This document shows, piece by piece, positions 1 to 10,833 of a stretch of 64,000 nt of DNA (position 1 is its first letter; every line of letters starts with the position of its first letter). The DNA comes from a virus, in the IMG/VR virus record IMGVR_UViG_3300033512_000218, positions 64,001 to 128,000 of that record. One strand, given 5' to 3'. The notes beneath the pieces are model-generated. The model worked only from the letters and a program-made list of their open reading frames with translations, was not told where the DNA came from and did not search any database. The position numbers and the translations under genes were made by a program.

Positions 1-184
1 CTTTAGTCATTATTTTTTTATCCACAATTAAATTACTGTTAATAATTTCTTTTAACGACATAATATATCCATCTATATCAAATTCTTTTTTTAATAAATT
101 TTCTATTCTTACTTTATTTTTACCATCTATATTATCCATATTTAAATGATTATTTTCATTTAATATACTAACATTATTTTTCAT
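1..184 (-). CDS. hypothetical late protein, truncated at window edge
   Basis: ATG at 184, open to the edge (MKNNVSILNENNH...); GTATTTATAT motif at 211-220. Confidence 0.65.
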   Translation of the reverse strand, partial: MKNNVSILNENNHLNMDNIDGKNKVRIENLLKKEFDIDGYIMSLKEIINSNLIVDKKIMTK

Positions 185-226
185 ATATATTTTGTTTGAT
201 TATTATTTTTATATAAATACTTAAAA

Positions 227-2617
227 TTAATAAATAAATTCATCACTAATTGTAAGTGGTAAATTAGAATATACATAAGTTGTACAATCATTTCTTAATG
301 TTCTATTTCTTCCTACTGCTTGTATTAAATCTGATTCAATTAAACTTAATTGTAATTCTCTTAATTCATCGTGTTCAAAAGCATTAAACTTAAATTTCAT
401 TCCTTTCCATTCAATTAATCTATAACTAATATTTGAATTAATATCTACATTTGATAAATCTATTCCTAAAGCATTTGCATATAAAGAATATACATAATTA
501 GGTTTATGATTCGTACCTATTACTGTAATATCTTTTCCGTTTAATTCATCATAACCTAAACAATTTCCTAAATGAATATCATTTACTGAAGTATCAAAAT
601 CTTTTTTATTATCTTTAAAAGTAATAACAGGATTGTTATTTATTTGTGATTTAATTTCAGTAATATATTTATAATTATTTAATCCATATCTGGAACAAGA
701 ATTTTGTGTATATTGGATTATATTGCCTACTGTTTCAACATTATTTAAATCATATACATATACATCATCTTTAAATAAATATTTGTATAATGGAATTAAA
801 GCAGTTGAACTTAGTATGATTGTTTTTCTTCCTTCTTTAATTTTAAAGTTATCTAAATTTAATGTTATATAATGAATTATATTTTTATCAGTTGAATCAA
901 TATAATAAGAATGAGAATGTATTAATTTAAGTAAATCTCCAATATGTTCATTTTTAACTTCATCTAAAAAGTTACTATATTGTTTAGTAAACATAGGATT
1001 TACTTTAATTGGTTTATTATATTTTACTCGTTGTTCTGTTGTATATTCCCATAGTAAAGAATTTAATCTTTTTTGTTCTATTGCATTAAAATCTTTTAAC
1101 CATCTAATATCAAATGAATTTATTTCAAATATATAAGAAATAGGGTCTTCATCAAATATTACTGTATTAAACATATGATTTGTATGAATAGCTTTTTGAT
1201 GAGTAGTAAACATTGATAAATGAGTAAATAATTTTAATCTTCCATTTGAATCCAAATATTCTTTAGCTTTCATTCGTTCATTCATATCTAATTTATCATT
1301 ACTTAATATACGGGTTAGATATAGAATAGCTTCTTGATATAAGTGTTTATTATATAACTCTTTTATATCAATATTATATTTATTATTTTCAAATGTAGGT
1401 AATTTAAGTGTTTTATCTTTTAATTTATTAGGATTTTTTACTGTACATCTATCAAAAACTTCATCTTTCAATTTATGTGTTGGAAATGAATATAAAAAGT
1501 TTCCTTTTAAATCTATTTCACATTCAGTTTTACCAAGTCCTGTTGGACTTGTTATTATATGAATACCTGGTTTACCTTTTTTAATAACTTGATTTAATGT
1601 TTCTTTTAGTTTAATTTCTGCTGTTTCTAAACTCATTTTTATTGGTTTTTCAGTTAATATATCTACTCTTCCCTTTTTCCAATTGGAATCAATGTTTAAT
1701 AAATCATTATATTTCCAATCTTCTTTATATGGACTAAAATATTTTAATTGTATTGGATTATATTTATACTTTTTAATAATATTGAATAAAGCGAAATTAT
1801 TCAGTGTATAATTAGTTTTACCTATACTATTATAATACAACATAGTATCTCTAATTAATTTATTTCCTCCTTTTATATAACTTGTATTTGTTATTAATCC
1901 TATTAAAATATCTTGACTTTTTAAATCTCCTTTTAAAAATTCATCTAATACTTGAATTTTTGAACTTGATTCAGTGAAATTATAATTTTGGATTAGTTTT
2001 GTTTTATTATTTAATGTATGTTTATTATTATTGTTATAAAAATTTAACATGTAATTTTCATTAATATTATTGAAATTAGATGTTAAATATCGGAATGTAT
2101 TTTTTTTCTTACTTCCTATTCTACATAAATTACTTGTATATGTTAAATATTCTAAATCTGTTAAATTTTCATTAATATATAAACAATCATTATATAATTT
2201 ATCAATATTATTAATTGGTACAATTGAAGATGCATTGAATAATAATGATATGTTTTTATATATAAAATTACGATGTTTAATATTATTAATTGATTTATCC
2301 AATACAAATATAATACTAAATGTTTTATCACTACTTAATATTAAATTAGGGGATAAATTATTATGTTTTAATATATTTAAAACATTTTCGGCGGAATAAT
2401 CCGAAATAAATTCAAATGATAGTAATTGTTGAGATAACCACTTTGTGGTTAATGTAATATTGCTTTTAAAAATTGAAGTTGAAATAATATTTCTATTATC
2501 TATTAAATGATGTTTTAATTCTTGAATATTATTTAAAACAGATACTTCAGTTGGAAGTTTTTTTAATATCTTCTTGGATAGTTGTTTATTATTTAAATAT
2601 GTGGTAAATTGTATCAT
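227..2617 (-). CDS. SF2-like helicase / origin-binding or primase-helicase-type protein
   Basis: 796 aa; Walker A SPTGLGKT, Walker B IFDEDP, motif VI LIQAVGRNR. Confidence 0.65.
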   Translation of the reverse strand: MIQFTTYLNNKQLSKKILKKLPTEVSVLNNIQELKHHLIDNRNIISTSIFKSNITLTTKWLSQQLLSFEFISDYSAENVLNILKHNNLSPNLILSSDKTFSIIFVLDKSINNIKHRNFIYKNISLLFNASSIVPINNIDKLYNDCLYINENLTDLEYLTYTSNLCRIGSKKKNTFRYLTSNFNNINENYMLNFYNNNNKHTLNNKTKLIQNYNFTESSSKIQVLDEFLKGDLKSQDILIGLITNTSYIKGGNKLIRDTMLYYNSIGKTNYTLNNFALFNIIKKYKYNPIQLKYFSPYKEDWKYNDLLNIDSNWKKGRVDILTEKPIKMSLETAEIKLKETLNQVIKKGKPGIHIITSPTGLGKTECEIDLKGNFLYSFPTHKLKDEVFDRCTVKNPNKLKDKTLKLPTFENNKYNIDIKELYNKHLYQEAILYLTRILSNDKLDMNERMKAKEYLDSNGRLKLFTHLSMFTTHQKAIHTNHMFNTVIFDEDPISYIFEINSFDIRWLKDFNAIEQKRLNSLLWEYTTEQRVKYNKPIKVNPMFTKQYSNFLDEVKNEHIGDLLKLIHSHSYYIDSTDKNIIHYITLNLDNFKIKEGRKTIILSSTALIPLYKYLFKDDVYVYDLNNVETVGNIIQYTQNSCSRYGLNNYKYITEIKSQINNNPVITFKDNKKDFDTSVNDIHLGNCLGYDELNGKDITVIGTNHKPNYVYSLYANALGIDLSNVDINSNISYRLIEWKGMKFKFNAFEHDELRELQLSLIESDLIQAVGRNRTLRNDCTTYVYSNLPLTISDEFIY

Positions 2618-3117
2618 TTTTTGCTTTCGATTTAAATTATTTTAATAAAATAGATTGATGAGTTCTATTTTATATATATACTATAAAATATTTTTTAAAA
2701 ATTAAAATATTTAAATTAAACGGAAATAAATTAATTAAGCAAAAAATGAAAAAGACATTAATTTATATTCAAGACATCACTCTTTTATCCATTTAATTTA
2801 AATATTAGAACTGTTAAAATTTACTTTATATAATAAATTAAAAAAAATAAAAATAATTGAATGTATTATCATTTTTATTTTATATAAATACAATAAAATA
2901 TTTTTATAAAAAGTATATCAATTATTTTTTTACTTTAGTAAAAAAATTTTTGCGTAGCAAAAAGAAATATTAGTAAAATTGAACGTATTGTAATACATTG
3001 AATATCAATTTATAATATAAGAAAAATAAAAAAATAGTGTAAAAAAGTTTAATATACAATATATAGTATTTAATACTTTTAAAATTTTTTGCTTTGCAAA
3101 AAATCAATTGTATTAAT
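2618..3117. other. long non-coding AT-rich region with nested inverted repeats (candidate origin or structured leader)
   Basis: No ORF; stems 2706-2724/2788-2806 and 2655-2667/2806-2817; TTTTTGC-N3-GCAAAAA palindromes at 2947-2963 and 3085-3103. Confidence 0.35.
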
Positions 3118-3174
3118 TTTAACATTTATTAACTATTAAATATTTTGATTTTAAATTAATTATATTTATATTTG
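3118..3174 (+). promoter_or_regulatory. box+promoter module copy 1 (TTTAACATTTATTAAC, -33 TTTG, -7 TAnnTTTG)
   Basis: Exact 16-bp box; TATATTTG at 3167-3174; upstream of ATG 3200. Confidence 0.8.
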
Positions 3175-3199
3175 TAAAATATAATTTAAAACTCAAAAA

Positions 3200-4318
3200 A
3201 TGAATAAACTTAAAGAATTAATAAAATCAGAAGAAAATGAAAAATATCATTTATCTTTAAATTATATTGATTATATAAATAATTTCAATTTAGATGGCGG
3301 ACAAATATCTTCTGAATTATATAATAATTTATTATCAAAAGTAAAAAATATTGAGACATCATTTGATGTTTATAAATATTATCAAAATCAAAATTTATTT
3401 GATTTTTCCGAAAAATATGGAACATTATTAACAGGTATATTTAAAAGTGATAAATTAAATCCAAGAATTAATGTTGATAATGTATTACAACAAATATTAA
3501 TTAATAGTGATTCCACTACAATTAAAAAATACTATAAATATTATAATAAATTAGGTAAAGTTGAAAAACAAATTATTGATGATTTTAAAGAACATGAAAT
3601 TCTTAAAAAAGAAATAACCGAATTTAAACAAAAGTTTAAATTAATGAAAAATAATATAGTCTCAAATCCTACTAAATCAGATATAAAAAATAAACAACAT
3701 GAATATATCAAAGGTAAAATTGATACAAAATTAAAAAATATAATAGAAAAAATAGCAGAAGAATACAGAAAAAGTATTGAATTAAATTATGCTAAATATT
3801 ATATTCAAATAATTGAAAACTACAACGATTCACAAAAAACAGAACCAAATCCATATATTTTATATATGAAAAATCCAGATTATAGAGAAAATATTTTAAA
3901 GTTTTTAGATGAAAAACAAGATAATACTAATAAATTAAAATATGTTTATAACGGAACAAAAACATACGAATTAAAAAGTAATTATAAAGAAATAATAAAA
4001 CAAGAATCTAAAAAACAATCTGATAATATTATATCTGATTATATAAATAAAATGTTTTATAAATTAGGTGGATTATTAATTGATATAAATAAAGAAGTAA
4101 AAAATATTGTTAAATCAGGAAATGAAAGTGAAGGAACAATAATATTCCAATTTACTGATAATAGTCAATTTACTATAAAAAACAGTATAGTTAAATCATA
4201 TTCAAAATTAAGTACTCCTTTTTATCGCTATCCTTTAACATTTCATAATATAATTAATAGCAAAGGCGAATATATAAAAAATCCAAGTGAATTAACATTA
4301 AAAAAATATTTTAACTAA
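3200..4318 (+). CDS. hypothetical phage protein
   Basis: 372-aa ORF behind promoter module. Confidence 0.8.
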   Translation: MNKLKELIKSEENEKYHLSLNYIDYINNFNLDGGQISSELYNNLLSKVKNIETSFDVYKYYQNQNLFDFSEKYGTLLTGIFKSDKLNPRINVDNVLQQILINSDSTTIKKYYKYYNKLGKVEKQIIDDFKEHEILKKEITEFKQKFKLMKNNIVSNPTKSDIKNKQHEYIKGKIDTKLKNIIEKIAEEYRKSIELNYAKYYIQIIENYNDSQKTEPNPYILYMKNPDYRENILKFLDEKQDNTNKLKYVYNGTKTYELKSNYKEIIKQESKKQSDNIISDYINKMFYKLGGLLIDINKEVKNIVKSGNESEGTIIFQFTDNSQFTIKNSIVKSYSKLSTPFYRYPLTFHNIINSKGEYIKNPSELTLKKYFN

Positions 4319-4319
4319 T

Positions 4320-4475
4320 ATGCTAATAAAAAAAGAAAAATTAAAATCAGGAAGATATATGATAGGTATTCATTTTGAAAATGATGACCATTATGTTGAT
4401 TATGTTTTTTGTGATGAATCTGAAATAGAAATATATACTCAATGGGCTTTGGATAGAATAAAAGAATTAAATTAA
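4320..4475 (+). CDS. small hypothetical protein
   Basis: 51-aa ORF 1 bp after the previous stop. Confidence 0.55.
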   Translation: MLIKKEKLKSGRYMIGIHFENDDHYVDYVFCDESEIEIYTQWALDRIKELN

Positions 4476-4507
4476 ATTGTATTTATATAAAAAATAAACT
4501 AAAAATT

Positions 4508-4960
4508 ATGAATGAGAAAATTATAAACATGATAACCGAAGAAATAGAAGAACAATTATTATTAAAATCGTTTGTTCCAAAAAATTTCTTTTTTAAATTA
4601 TCAAAACGTGAAACAGGTCTTTCATCAATTGGAGCAAGTCCAAGAAGTATAAACGTACAATTTAAATATAATAATAAAAAAATTGATATTGGTGAAATAT
4701 ATCGACCAAGAATATGTATGAAATTTGAGTAGGAAGATTTTTTTGTTTTTATGTTTTACATGAGAACATCAAGAAATATAATATTGAATAAAAAAATACC
4801 AACTAATAAACAAGACCCACAATATGATAAATCATTTTTCGAAGAATTAAAAAACGAGTTTATTAAATCAATCATGAATATAATGTCATATACTGATGGT
4901 AACGGAATAGAATTAAAAAATAAAATATTAACTTCTATAAAATATGAATTAGAAAAATAA
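4508..4960 (+). pseudogene. late hypothetical protein split by in-frame TAG
   Basis: ORFs 4508-4732 and 4751-4960 share a frame and are separated only by TAG 4730-4732; late motif at 4479. Confidence 0.6.
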
Positions 4961-4993
4961 AATAAGACCTACTTAATTAAAGTAGGTCTTATT
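4961..4993. terminator. bidirectional intrinsic terminator (ACCTAC/GTAGGT family)
   Basis: 13-bp perfect stem between convergent genes. Confidence 0.75.
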
Positions 4994-4998
4994 ATTTA

Positions 4999-5802
4999 TT
5001 AAAATTCAAATAAATCTAATGTTTTATTATTTAATTCGGGTATTTCTTTTAATAATACATCATAAATATCATGAATATTTAAATATGGTATAGAAACAAA
5101 TTCTCTTATATTTAACCAATTATAATTATTAAAAACATCAATTATTTTATTTTTTAATTGAATATTTGTTGTGTTAATTTTTATAACGTGATATGATTTT
5201 ATATTTTCTGTATCCTTTATAATTCTTCCAATCATTTCACCTAATCTTTTAACTTTAAAATCGTATTGTTTTAAATTATTATATGCTTCCTGTCTAATAT
5301 CAATAAAATCTATTTTATTATAATGTATTTTATTTGTGTATATATTATAGATATTAAAACAAGGTTTTATTAATCTATCTGAATATAATATATTATCTAA
5401 TTTAATACTTAATAGAACTTTATTTTTATTATAATACGAAATAGGTAATATAAATGCAATATATTTTGATAAATTAGACGATTTAATTAAAAATTGAGTT
5501 AATAAATGTCTATTTCATCCAAAAGGTGGATTACCAATAATTAAACATCTATCATTATATTCTAAATCTAACTTTAAAAAATCTTGTTTAATTATTCTAT
5601 TTTATTCTGGTTCAATATCATAAGCTAATATTTTATATTTACTTGAATATTTATCAAACAGATAATTACTAAAACTACCATTACCAGCAGAAGGTTCGAT
5701 AATAGTATTAATATTATCTCTACCGATAAAATCCAAAGTTTGTTCAACCAATTTAATAGCTAAATCAACTGGAGTATAATATTTATCTAAATATAATTTC
5801 AT
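4999..5802 (-). pseudogene. N6-adenine DNA methyltransferase, disrupted
   Basis: YYTP, IEPSAGNGSF, DIEP, then frameshift at ~5600, GNPPFG followed by TGA 5515-5517, then in frame to 4999. Confidence 0.8.
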
Positions 5803-5947
5803 TATTTTTAAAAATTAAAAAGATTATTATCTATAACTATATTTGTATTAATATTAGGTTTTTTCATTGTTTATTTTAGTTTTAAACGATTTTTATTTTA
5901 ATGTAGTATATTTGTTTAGGAAATAAAAATAATTGAAATAAACGTAT

Positions 5948-6553
5948 TTATTTTGATATTTTTTGATTTTTAACATCATAATCTACCTTAGCATTTCCAA
6001 AAACTATTGCGTTTTCACTAATAGTAGCATCACCATATATTTTTGCTTGTTGAAATATTTGGGCATTACGAAATATATATGCTTTCCCAAAAATTTGTAC
6101 ATCATCATAAACTTGTGCGTTACCAAAAACCTTAGCATTTTTATAAACTTTAACATTATCAAATACTCTTGCATTATCATATACCTGAGCATTATCAAAT
6201 ACTTTCGCTTTTCCATAAACTTTAGCGTTATCAAATACTTTTGCATTATCAGATATTATAGCTTCATGATAAACTTGGGCATCATCATAAACTTTAGCAT
6301 TTCCATATACTTTAGCATTATTATCAATCCAACAATCATCTTCGTGTGATAAATTATTTTCAGATTGAACATATCCTCCTAAATCTCCCTCTTTTATATT
6401 TGAAAATGATTTTAATGCTTTTATACGATATAATGTATTTCCATCAATATTAATTGTTTCATTGGTTAATTCATATTTTCTATCATTATCTTCATTGATA
6501 GTATTTTCGGAAATAATTTTTTTAATTAATTTGTCTAAATCTTTTATGTTCAT
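5948..6553 (-). CDS. hexapeptide-repeat (left-handed beta-helix) protein with N-terminal leader
   Basis: LYRIKALK..GDLGGYVQSENNLSH..CWI then about 20 AKVYGN-type repeats; late motif 6568-6577. Confidence 0.85.
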   Translation of the reverse strand: MNIKDLDKLIKKIISENTINEDNDRKYELTNETINIDGNTLYRIKALKSFSNIKEGDLGGYVQSENNLSHEDDCWIDNNAKVYGNAKVYDDAQVYHEAIISDNAKVFDNAKVYGKAKVFDNAQVYDNARVFDNVKVYKNAKVFGNAQVYDDVQIFGKAYIFRNAQIFQQAKIYGDATISENAIVFGNAKVDYDVKNQKISK

Positions 6554-6595
6554 AGTATTTTATTTTAATATAAATACTATTTAAACTTTTATAAT

Positions 6596-6628
6596 AAAAA
6601 AACATCCAACGTATATGATTGGATGTTT
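6596..6628 (-). terminator. intrinsic terminator
   Basis: AAACATCCAA/TTGGATGTTT stem with U-tract on the minus strand. Confidence 0.65.
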
Positions 6629-6662
6629 AAAGAAATATATATTGAGTTTATAAATATTCTCT

Positions 6663-7061
6663 TTACTCAAAATATAAATTATATTGTTTTTTAATATTTT
6701 TTAATAAATCCAATATATCTTTTTTATAATATTTTAAAAACTCCATAAATGTTTCAATATATGATTCATCATACTCATTGGATATTAAAAAACATTCATT
6801 TCTTAATTTATTAAATTTATCTTTTTTTAATAATTTATAGAATATTTTAAATATCCATTCTTCATTATCAGTAATCCATTGTTTATTTGAATTATTGGGA
6901 GAATATAATAAATACAGTGAATAAAATTCTTTACCTTCAATATCTAAATTAGATAAATCATCTTGTTTAAATCTATCTCTATCAACTAAAGCACAAAAAG
7001 AGAAATTAGGAATATCATTATCAAATTCTATGTTTAAATGATTTAAAATGTTTGTTTTCAT
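6663..7061 (-). CDS. hypothetical protein
   Basis: 132-aa ORF in minus-strand cluster. Confidence 0.7.
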   Translation of the reverse strand: MKTNILNHLNIEFDNDIPNFSFCALVDRDRFKQDDLSNLDIEGKEFYSLYLLYSPNNSNKQWITDNEEWIFKIFYKLLKKDKFNKLRNECFLISNEYDESYIETFMEFLKYYKKDILDLLKNIKKQYNLYFE

Positions 7062-7104
7062 TATATATTATTTTTTATTGTTTTTATAAATTAAGTAATT
7101 TTTT

Positions 7105-7314
7105 TTATTTTTTATTGAAAAAACTTAATAAAAAATCTACAACTTCTGATTTTTCTGTATTATTGGTTGAATCATCATTATTATTATTAATTTCTATTTT
7201 ATTAAATATAATTTTGTCCCTTATAATTTCTTTTGCTTTTAGTTCATTTTCTGCAATTATATCAGTTTTTAGTTTTTTACCGAAAATCTCAAAATAAATA
7301 GTATAATTTTTCAT
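7105..7314 (-). CDS. hypothetical protein
   Basis: Likely start MKNYTIYFEIFGKK at 7314. Confidence 0.6.
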   Translation of the reverse strand: MKNYTIYFEIFGKKLKTDIIAENELKAKEIIRDKIIFNKIEINNNNDDSTNNTEKSEVVDFLLSFFNKK

Positions 7315-7331
7315 AATTATAATTTTAAATA

Positions 7332-7982
7332 TTAATACCCATAATAAATTAAAATATTTCTTTTCCAATCAAATGATTTATAAATACGAACAAGTTCAAA
7401 AATATTATATTCATATTTCCAACTATCAGTTATTTGATTTTGATTATCATCCAAATTAATAGGAGATAAACAAGTCCATTCTATTCTCATTGAACGAATG
7501 TGTTCAAATATTTTAAATAAAGCTGTTTGTTCTTCTTCAGTTATTAATGAAAAATCAAATGTATGTTTTCCATATTCTGTTTTAATTGAATTTAAAAATA
7601 ATGATGGTTCAGTTTTATCAAAAATAGTATCTTTCGTACCAAAGAAAGGAGTTACCATATCATTATAATATTTTTTAATTCGTTCTTTATATGTATCAAT
7701 TATATATAATAAAAAATACTTATTAACTATAAATAATTCATTATCACCATTATAATAATTGTGTATCTCTTTTTGTTTAAAAAAAGGTTTGGATGAATTT
7801 TTAGGAGGATTGAAATTAGCATATTTTCCAAATCCATATAAAATAGTACATAAATCATAAACTCCTATATAATCATCATCTATATTTTTATTATAATATT
7901 CATATAGTTGAGTACGATTTAATGATTTTATTTTATTATATTCTTTTTTAGGTATTAAACCTATATAATTTCTATATCCCAT
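7332..7982 (-). CDS. hypothetical phage protein
   Basis: 216 aa, MGYRNY...YYGY. Confidence 0.8.
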   Translation of the reverse strand: MGYRNYIGLIPKKEYNKIKSLNRTQLYEYYNKNIDDDYIGVYDLCTILYGFGKYANFNPPKNSSKPFFKQKEIHNYYNGDNELFIVNKYFLLYIIDTYKERIKKYYNDMVTPFFGTKDTIFDKTEPSLFLNSIKTEYGKHTFDFSLITEEEQTALFKIFEHIRSMRIEWTCLSPINLDDNQNQITDSWKYEYNIFELVRIYKSFDWKRNILIYYGY

Positions 7983-8044
7983 AATAAGTCTTTTTTATAT
8001 TAAATTAAATAAAAATTATTTAATTTAATAGAAAACAAAATATT

Positions 8045-8266
8045 ATGAATAATAATTATAAGTGTCCTACATGCAATCATATATTAAATGAAAAGGAATG
8101 TCATGATTTAATGGATAAAGATACAGTTGAAAGAATATTAGATTTTAAATTTGAACAAATGTGTAATTTATATGGGGATTGTAGTTATGTTTCAGTTGAA
8201 GTGGAAGATATTGAAATAAAATGTCCTAATTGTCATGAATATAATATTTTTGAATATATAAACTAA
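8045..8266 (+). CDS. zinc-ribbon protein
   Basis: CPTC and CPNC pairs. Confidence 0.65.
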   Translation: MNNNYKCPTCNHILNEKECHDLMDKDTVERILDFKFEQMCNLYGDCSYVSVEVEDIEIKCPNCHEYNIFEYIN

Positions 8267-8267
8267 T

Positions 8268-9041
8268 ATGATAATAGATTTAAGATTTGGTGATACAATA
8301 GAACAAATGAAATTAATACCTAATAAAAGTATTGATTTTATTTGTTGTGATTTACCGTATGGTACAACTAAAAATCATTGGGATATTGTTATTCCATTTG
8401 ATAAATTATGGGAACAATATGAACGAATTATTAAAAATAATGGTGCTATTGCTTTATTTGGTCAAGGATTGTTTTTTATAGATTTAATAAACTCAAATAG
8501 AAAATTATTCAGATATGATTTAGTTTGGGATAAACAATTAACAAGTGGATTTTTAAATGCAAATCGTATGCCATTAAGAGTACATGAAAATATTGCTATT
8601 TTTTATAAGCAACCACCTATATATAATTCACAATATACAGAAGGTAAGCCACTACATTCAAAAGGAAAATCATATCTAAATAAAGAACATAAAAATGAAA
8701 ATTATGGTAAATTTAAAATGATTGAAGATATTAATGTTGGTAATACACAAAAACATTCTAAAAGTATTATATCTTTTCAAAAACCACATCCAAGTAAATC
8801 CTTACATCCCACACAAAAACCAGTTGAATTGATTGGATGGTTAATAATGTCATATTCAAATGAAAATGATACTGTATTGGATAATACATTTGGAAGTTGT
8901 ACAACAGGAATTGCATGTATAAATACAAATAGAAATTTTATTGGAATAGAAAATAATATTCATTATTTTAATATTTCATTAAAAAGAATAAATGAAAAAC
9001 AAAAAGAAAAAGAATTTATATTATTAAATTCAATGATTTAA
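8268..9041 (+). CDS. DNA methyltransferase, N4/N6 (beta-class) family
   Basis: DLPYG, HPTQKP, VLDNTFGSCTTG, FIGIE. Confidence 0.9.
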   Translation: MIIDLRFGDTIEQMKLIPNKSIDFICCDLPYGTTKNHWDIVIPFDKLWEQYERIIKNNGAIALFGQGLFFIDLINSNRKLFRYDLVWDKQLTSGFLNANRMPLRVHENIAIFYKQPPIYNSQYTEGKPLHSKGKSYLNKEHKNENYGKFKMIEDINVGNTQKHSKSIISFQKPHPSKSLHPTQKPVELIGWLIMSYSNENDTVLDNTFGSCTTGIACINTNRNFIGIENNIHYFNISLKRINEKQKEKEFILLNSMI

Positions 9042-9093
9042 CATTTATTAACACAATAATATTTGTATTTTAAAAATAAATGTTTTATCTTTG
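9037..9093 (+). promoter_or_regulatory. box+promoter module copy 2
   Basis: Box at 9037, TTTG 9062, TATCTTTG 9086-9093. Confidence 0.85.
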
Positions 9094-9119
9094 TTGTATA
9101 ATTTAAAAACTTAAACAAA

Positions 9120-9296
9120 ATGAAAAAACTTACAATTTGGTTAATGAAATACAACCTAAAAAAGGCAATTAAACAACAAGAATTACATGATAATTCTATT
9201 ATAAAATCAGCATACAATAATCTTATTAAAAACTATAGAGACACAATAATGTATATGGAAGCAGAAATAAAATCTAAAAATACACAAAAACAATAA
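9120..9296 (+). CDS. small hypothetical protein
   Basis: 58-aa ORF directly behind promoter. Confidence 0.6.
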   Translation: MKKLTIWLMKYNLKKAIKQQELHDNSIIKSAYNNLIKNYRDTIMYMEAEIKSKNTQKQ

Positions 9297-9300
9297 AACA

Positions 9301-9660
9301 ATGAAAAATAGAGATAAATTTAAAAAAGTTATAGAAAAATATTGTAAGGATTTTAATTTGAACAATAAAGAAAATCAAATTAAAAATATACATATATTAT
9401 ACGGAGGATGTAGAGTATCAATTAATGAATTTATTATTGATTTTGATATTATACGATTTTTAGTTGATAAAAATATTAGTTTTCAATATTATTATAAATG
9501 GATTGATTTTGAAAAATTTTTAAAAAAAACAAATACAAATATAAGTATTTATTTATTCATGTATTTAGCGGATATGTACAAAAACTGTACAAATGAAAAA
9601 AGACTTATATCTTTTATAAAACAATACAAACGATATAGAAATAAAAAAAATAAACATTAA
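9301..9660 (+). CDS. hypothetical protein
   Basis: 119-aa ORF. Confidence 0.7.
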   Translation: MKNRDKFKKVIEKYCKDFNLNNKENQIKNIHILYGGCRVSINEFIIDFDIIRFLVDKNISFQYYYKWIDFEKFLKKTNTNISIYLFMYLADMYKNCTNEKRLISFIKQYKRYRNKKNKH

Positions 9661-9676
9661 GAATAATAGAAAAATA

Positions 9677-9733
9677 TTTAACATTTATTAACACAAATTA
9701 ATTTGTATTTATGAAATAAATGTTTTATCTTTG
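9677..9733 (+). promoter_or_regulatory. box+promoter module copy 3 (upstream of cassette array)
   Basis: Box 9677, TTTG 9702, TATCTTTG 9726-9733. Confidence 0.85.
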
Positions 9734-9871
9734 TGATATTATTAACAATTAAAAAAATAAACAAAATAGAAAATCCACAAATTATTGAATCAAATGGTAA
9801 ATTTAATACAATTAAAAAACTTCATAAATTTGAAACATAAAATTTAATTAACAGATAAAACTTAATAAAAG

Positions 9872-10162
9872 ATGAAAACTTTGAGTACAAAAGAAACTGC
9901 CCAATTGGGTATAGGTGGTGTTATGCACCGTGAATTTCAAGAAAAGTTATTTAATGATATAAAAGCTATGCAATACAGAATACAAGGGCTTGCTGCTTAT
10001 GTACAGAATGACTTTGAAAGAATGTTGGAAGATGGTACAACAACAAAAGAAACTATTAATACTGAAATTACAGAAATGGATGAACAGTATAATAAGTTTA
10101 TTAACGACCTTAATATATTGAGAAAGCAAACCCGTGATTTAATGACTTTTCATGTTGCATAA
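9872..10162 (+). CDS. cassette 1 coiled-coil protein; N-terminus encoded across an attC-like site
   Basis: 96 aa; GTTATGC at 9920 lies inside the ORF; the stop codon lies inside GCATAAC. Confidence 0.7.
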   Translation: MKTLSTKETAQLGIGGVMHREFQEKLFNDIKAMQYRIQGLAAYVQNDFERMLEDGTTTKETINTEITEMDEQYNKFINDLNILRKQTRDLMTFHVA

Positions 10163-10298
10163 CGAAAAACGGTATGTGCCGTGATGTTTTTCGTATCTAA
10201 ACGGCTCAAAAGTATCAATAACCACAAATGTAAATAAGTAAGTAGACTGTATCAAAATAGCACTAAAAACAGCATGGACACTATACCGTATGTTATGC
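10157..10298. repeat. attC-like recombination site
   Basis: GCATAAC...GTTATGC ends; arms 10169-10191 and 10265-10289 pair with two single-base bulges. Confidence 0.7.
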
Positions 10299-10335
10299 GT
10301 ATTAATCATATTATCAATAATTTAATTTTATAAAA

Positions 10336-10833
10336 ATGGAAAATATCACAAATTTTGAAACATTAAACAGTTTTTTAGAAAAATTAGAAACTGAAAAAGA
10401 GGAATTAAATAGAAAAATAGAAATTTTGGAAGAAGAAAAAGATCATCAAAAATGGCAATGGATGAAACACATTGCAGTGCCAAAAGATGATTTTCTTAAA
10501 CAATTGCCTTGTCCACGAATAGAAATGAAAATATTTGGTGATAGATATGAATGTGGATGGATTACAGGAATTGTTTTTCCTGATTATGCAGACGAGGAAA
10601 AAAACAGATTTATTCCTTTTTCAATGACTACTACAAGTGGAAAAGATTTAATCGAAAATAAAAATCCGCGTTTGCCCTGGCGTGATGAGTTTCATATTTA
10701 TTCTTATTCACGAATATTTAATTTACGAATGTTTTTAACACGAGAAAATGATAATTTAATTACAGAATTATTTGTAAAACCTGAATTTATAAATCCTTTA
10801 TCAGATTTTGAAAGTAAAAATGTTATCGTTTAA
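10336..10833 (+). CDS. cassette 2 hypothetical protein
   Basis: 165 aa, fills the cassette; stop 6 bp before TACGCATAAC. Confidence 0.75.
   Translation: MENITNFETLNSFLEKLETEKEELNRKIEILEEEKDHQKWQWMKHIAVPKDDFLKQLPCPRIEMKIFGDRYECGWITGIVFPDYADEEKNRFIPFSMTTTSGKDLIENKNPRLPWRDEFHIYSYSRIFNLRMFLTRENDNLITELFVKPEFINPLSDFESKNVIV

Noticed and set aside
5963-6349. Alternative ORFs over the hexapeptide gene (5963-6349 +, 6004-6246 -)
   Set aside because: Shadow frames kept open by the 18-nt repeat.
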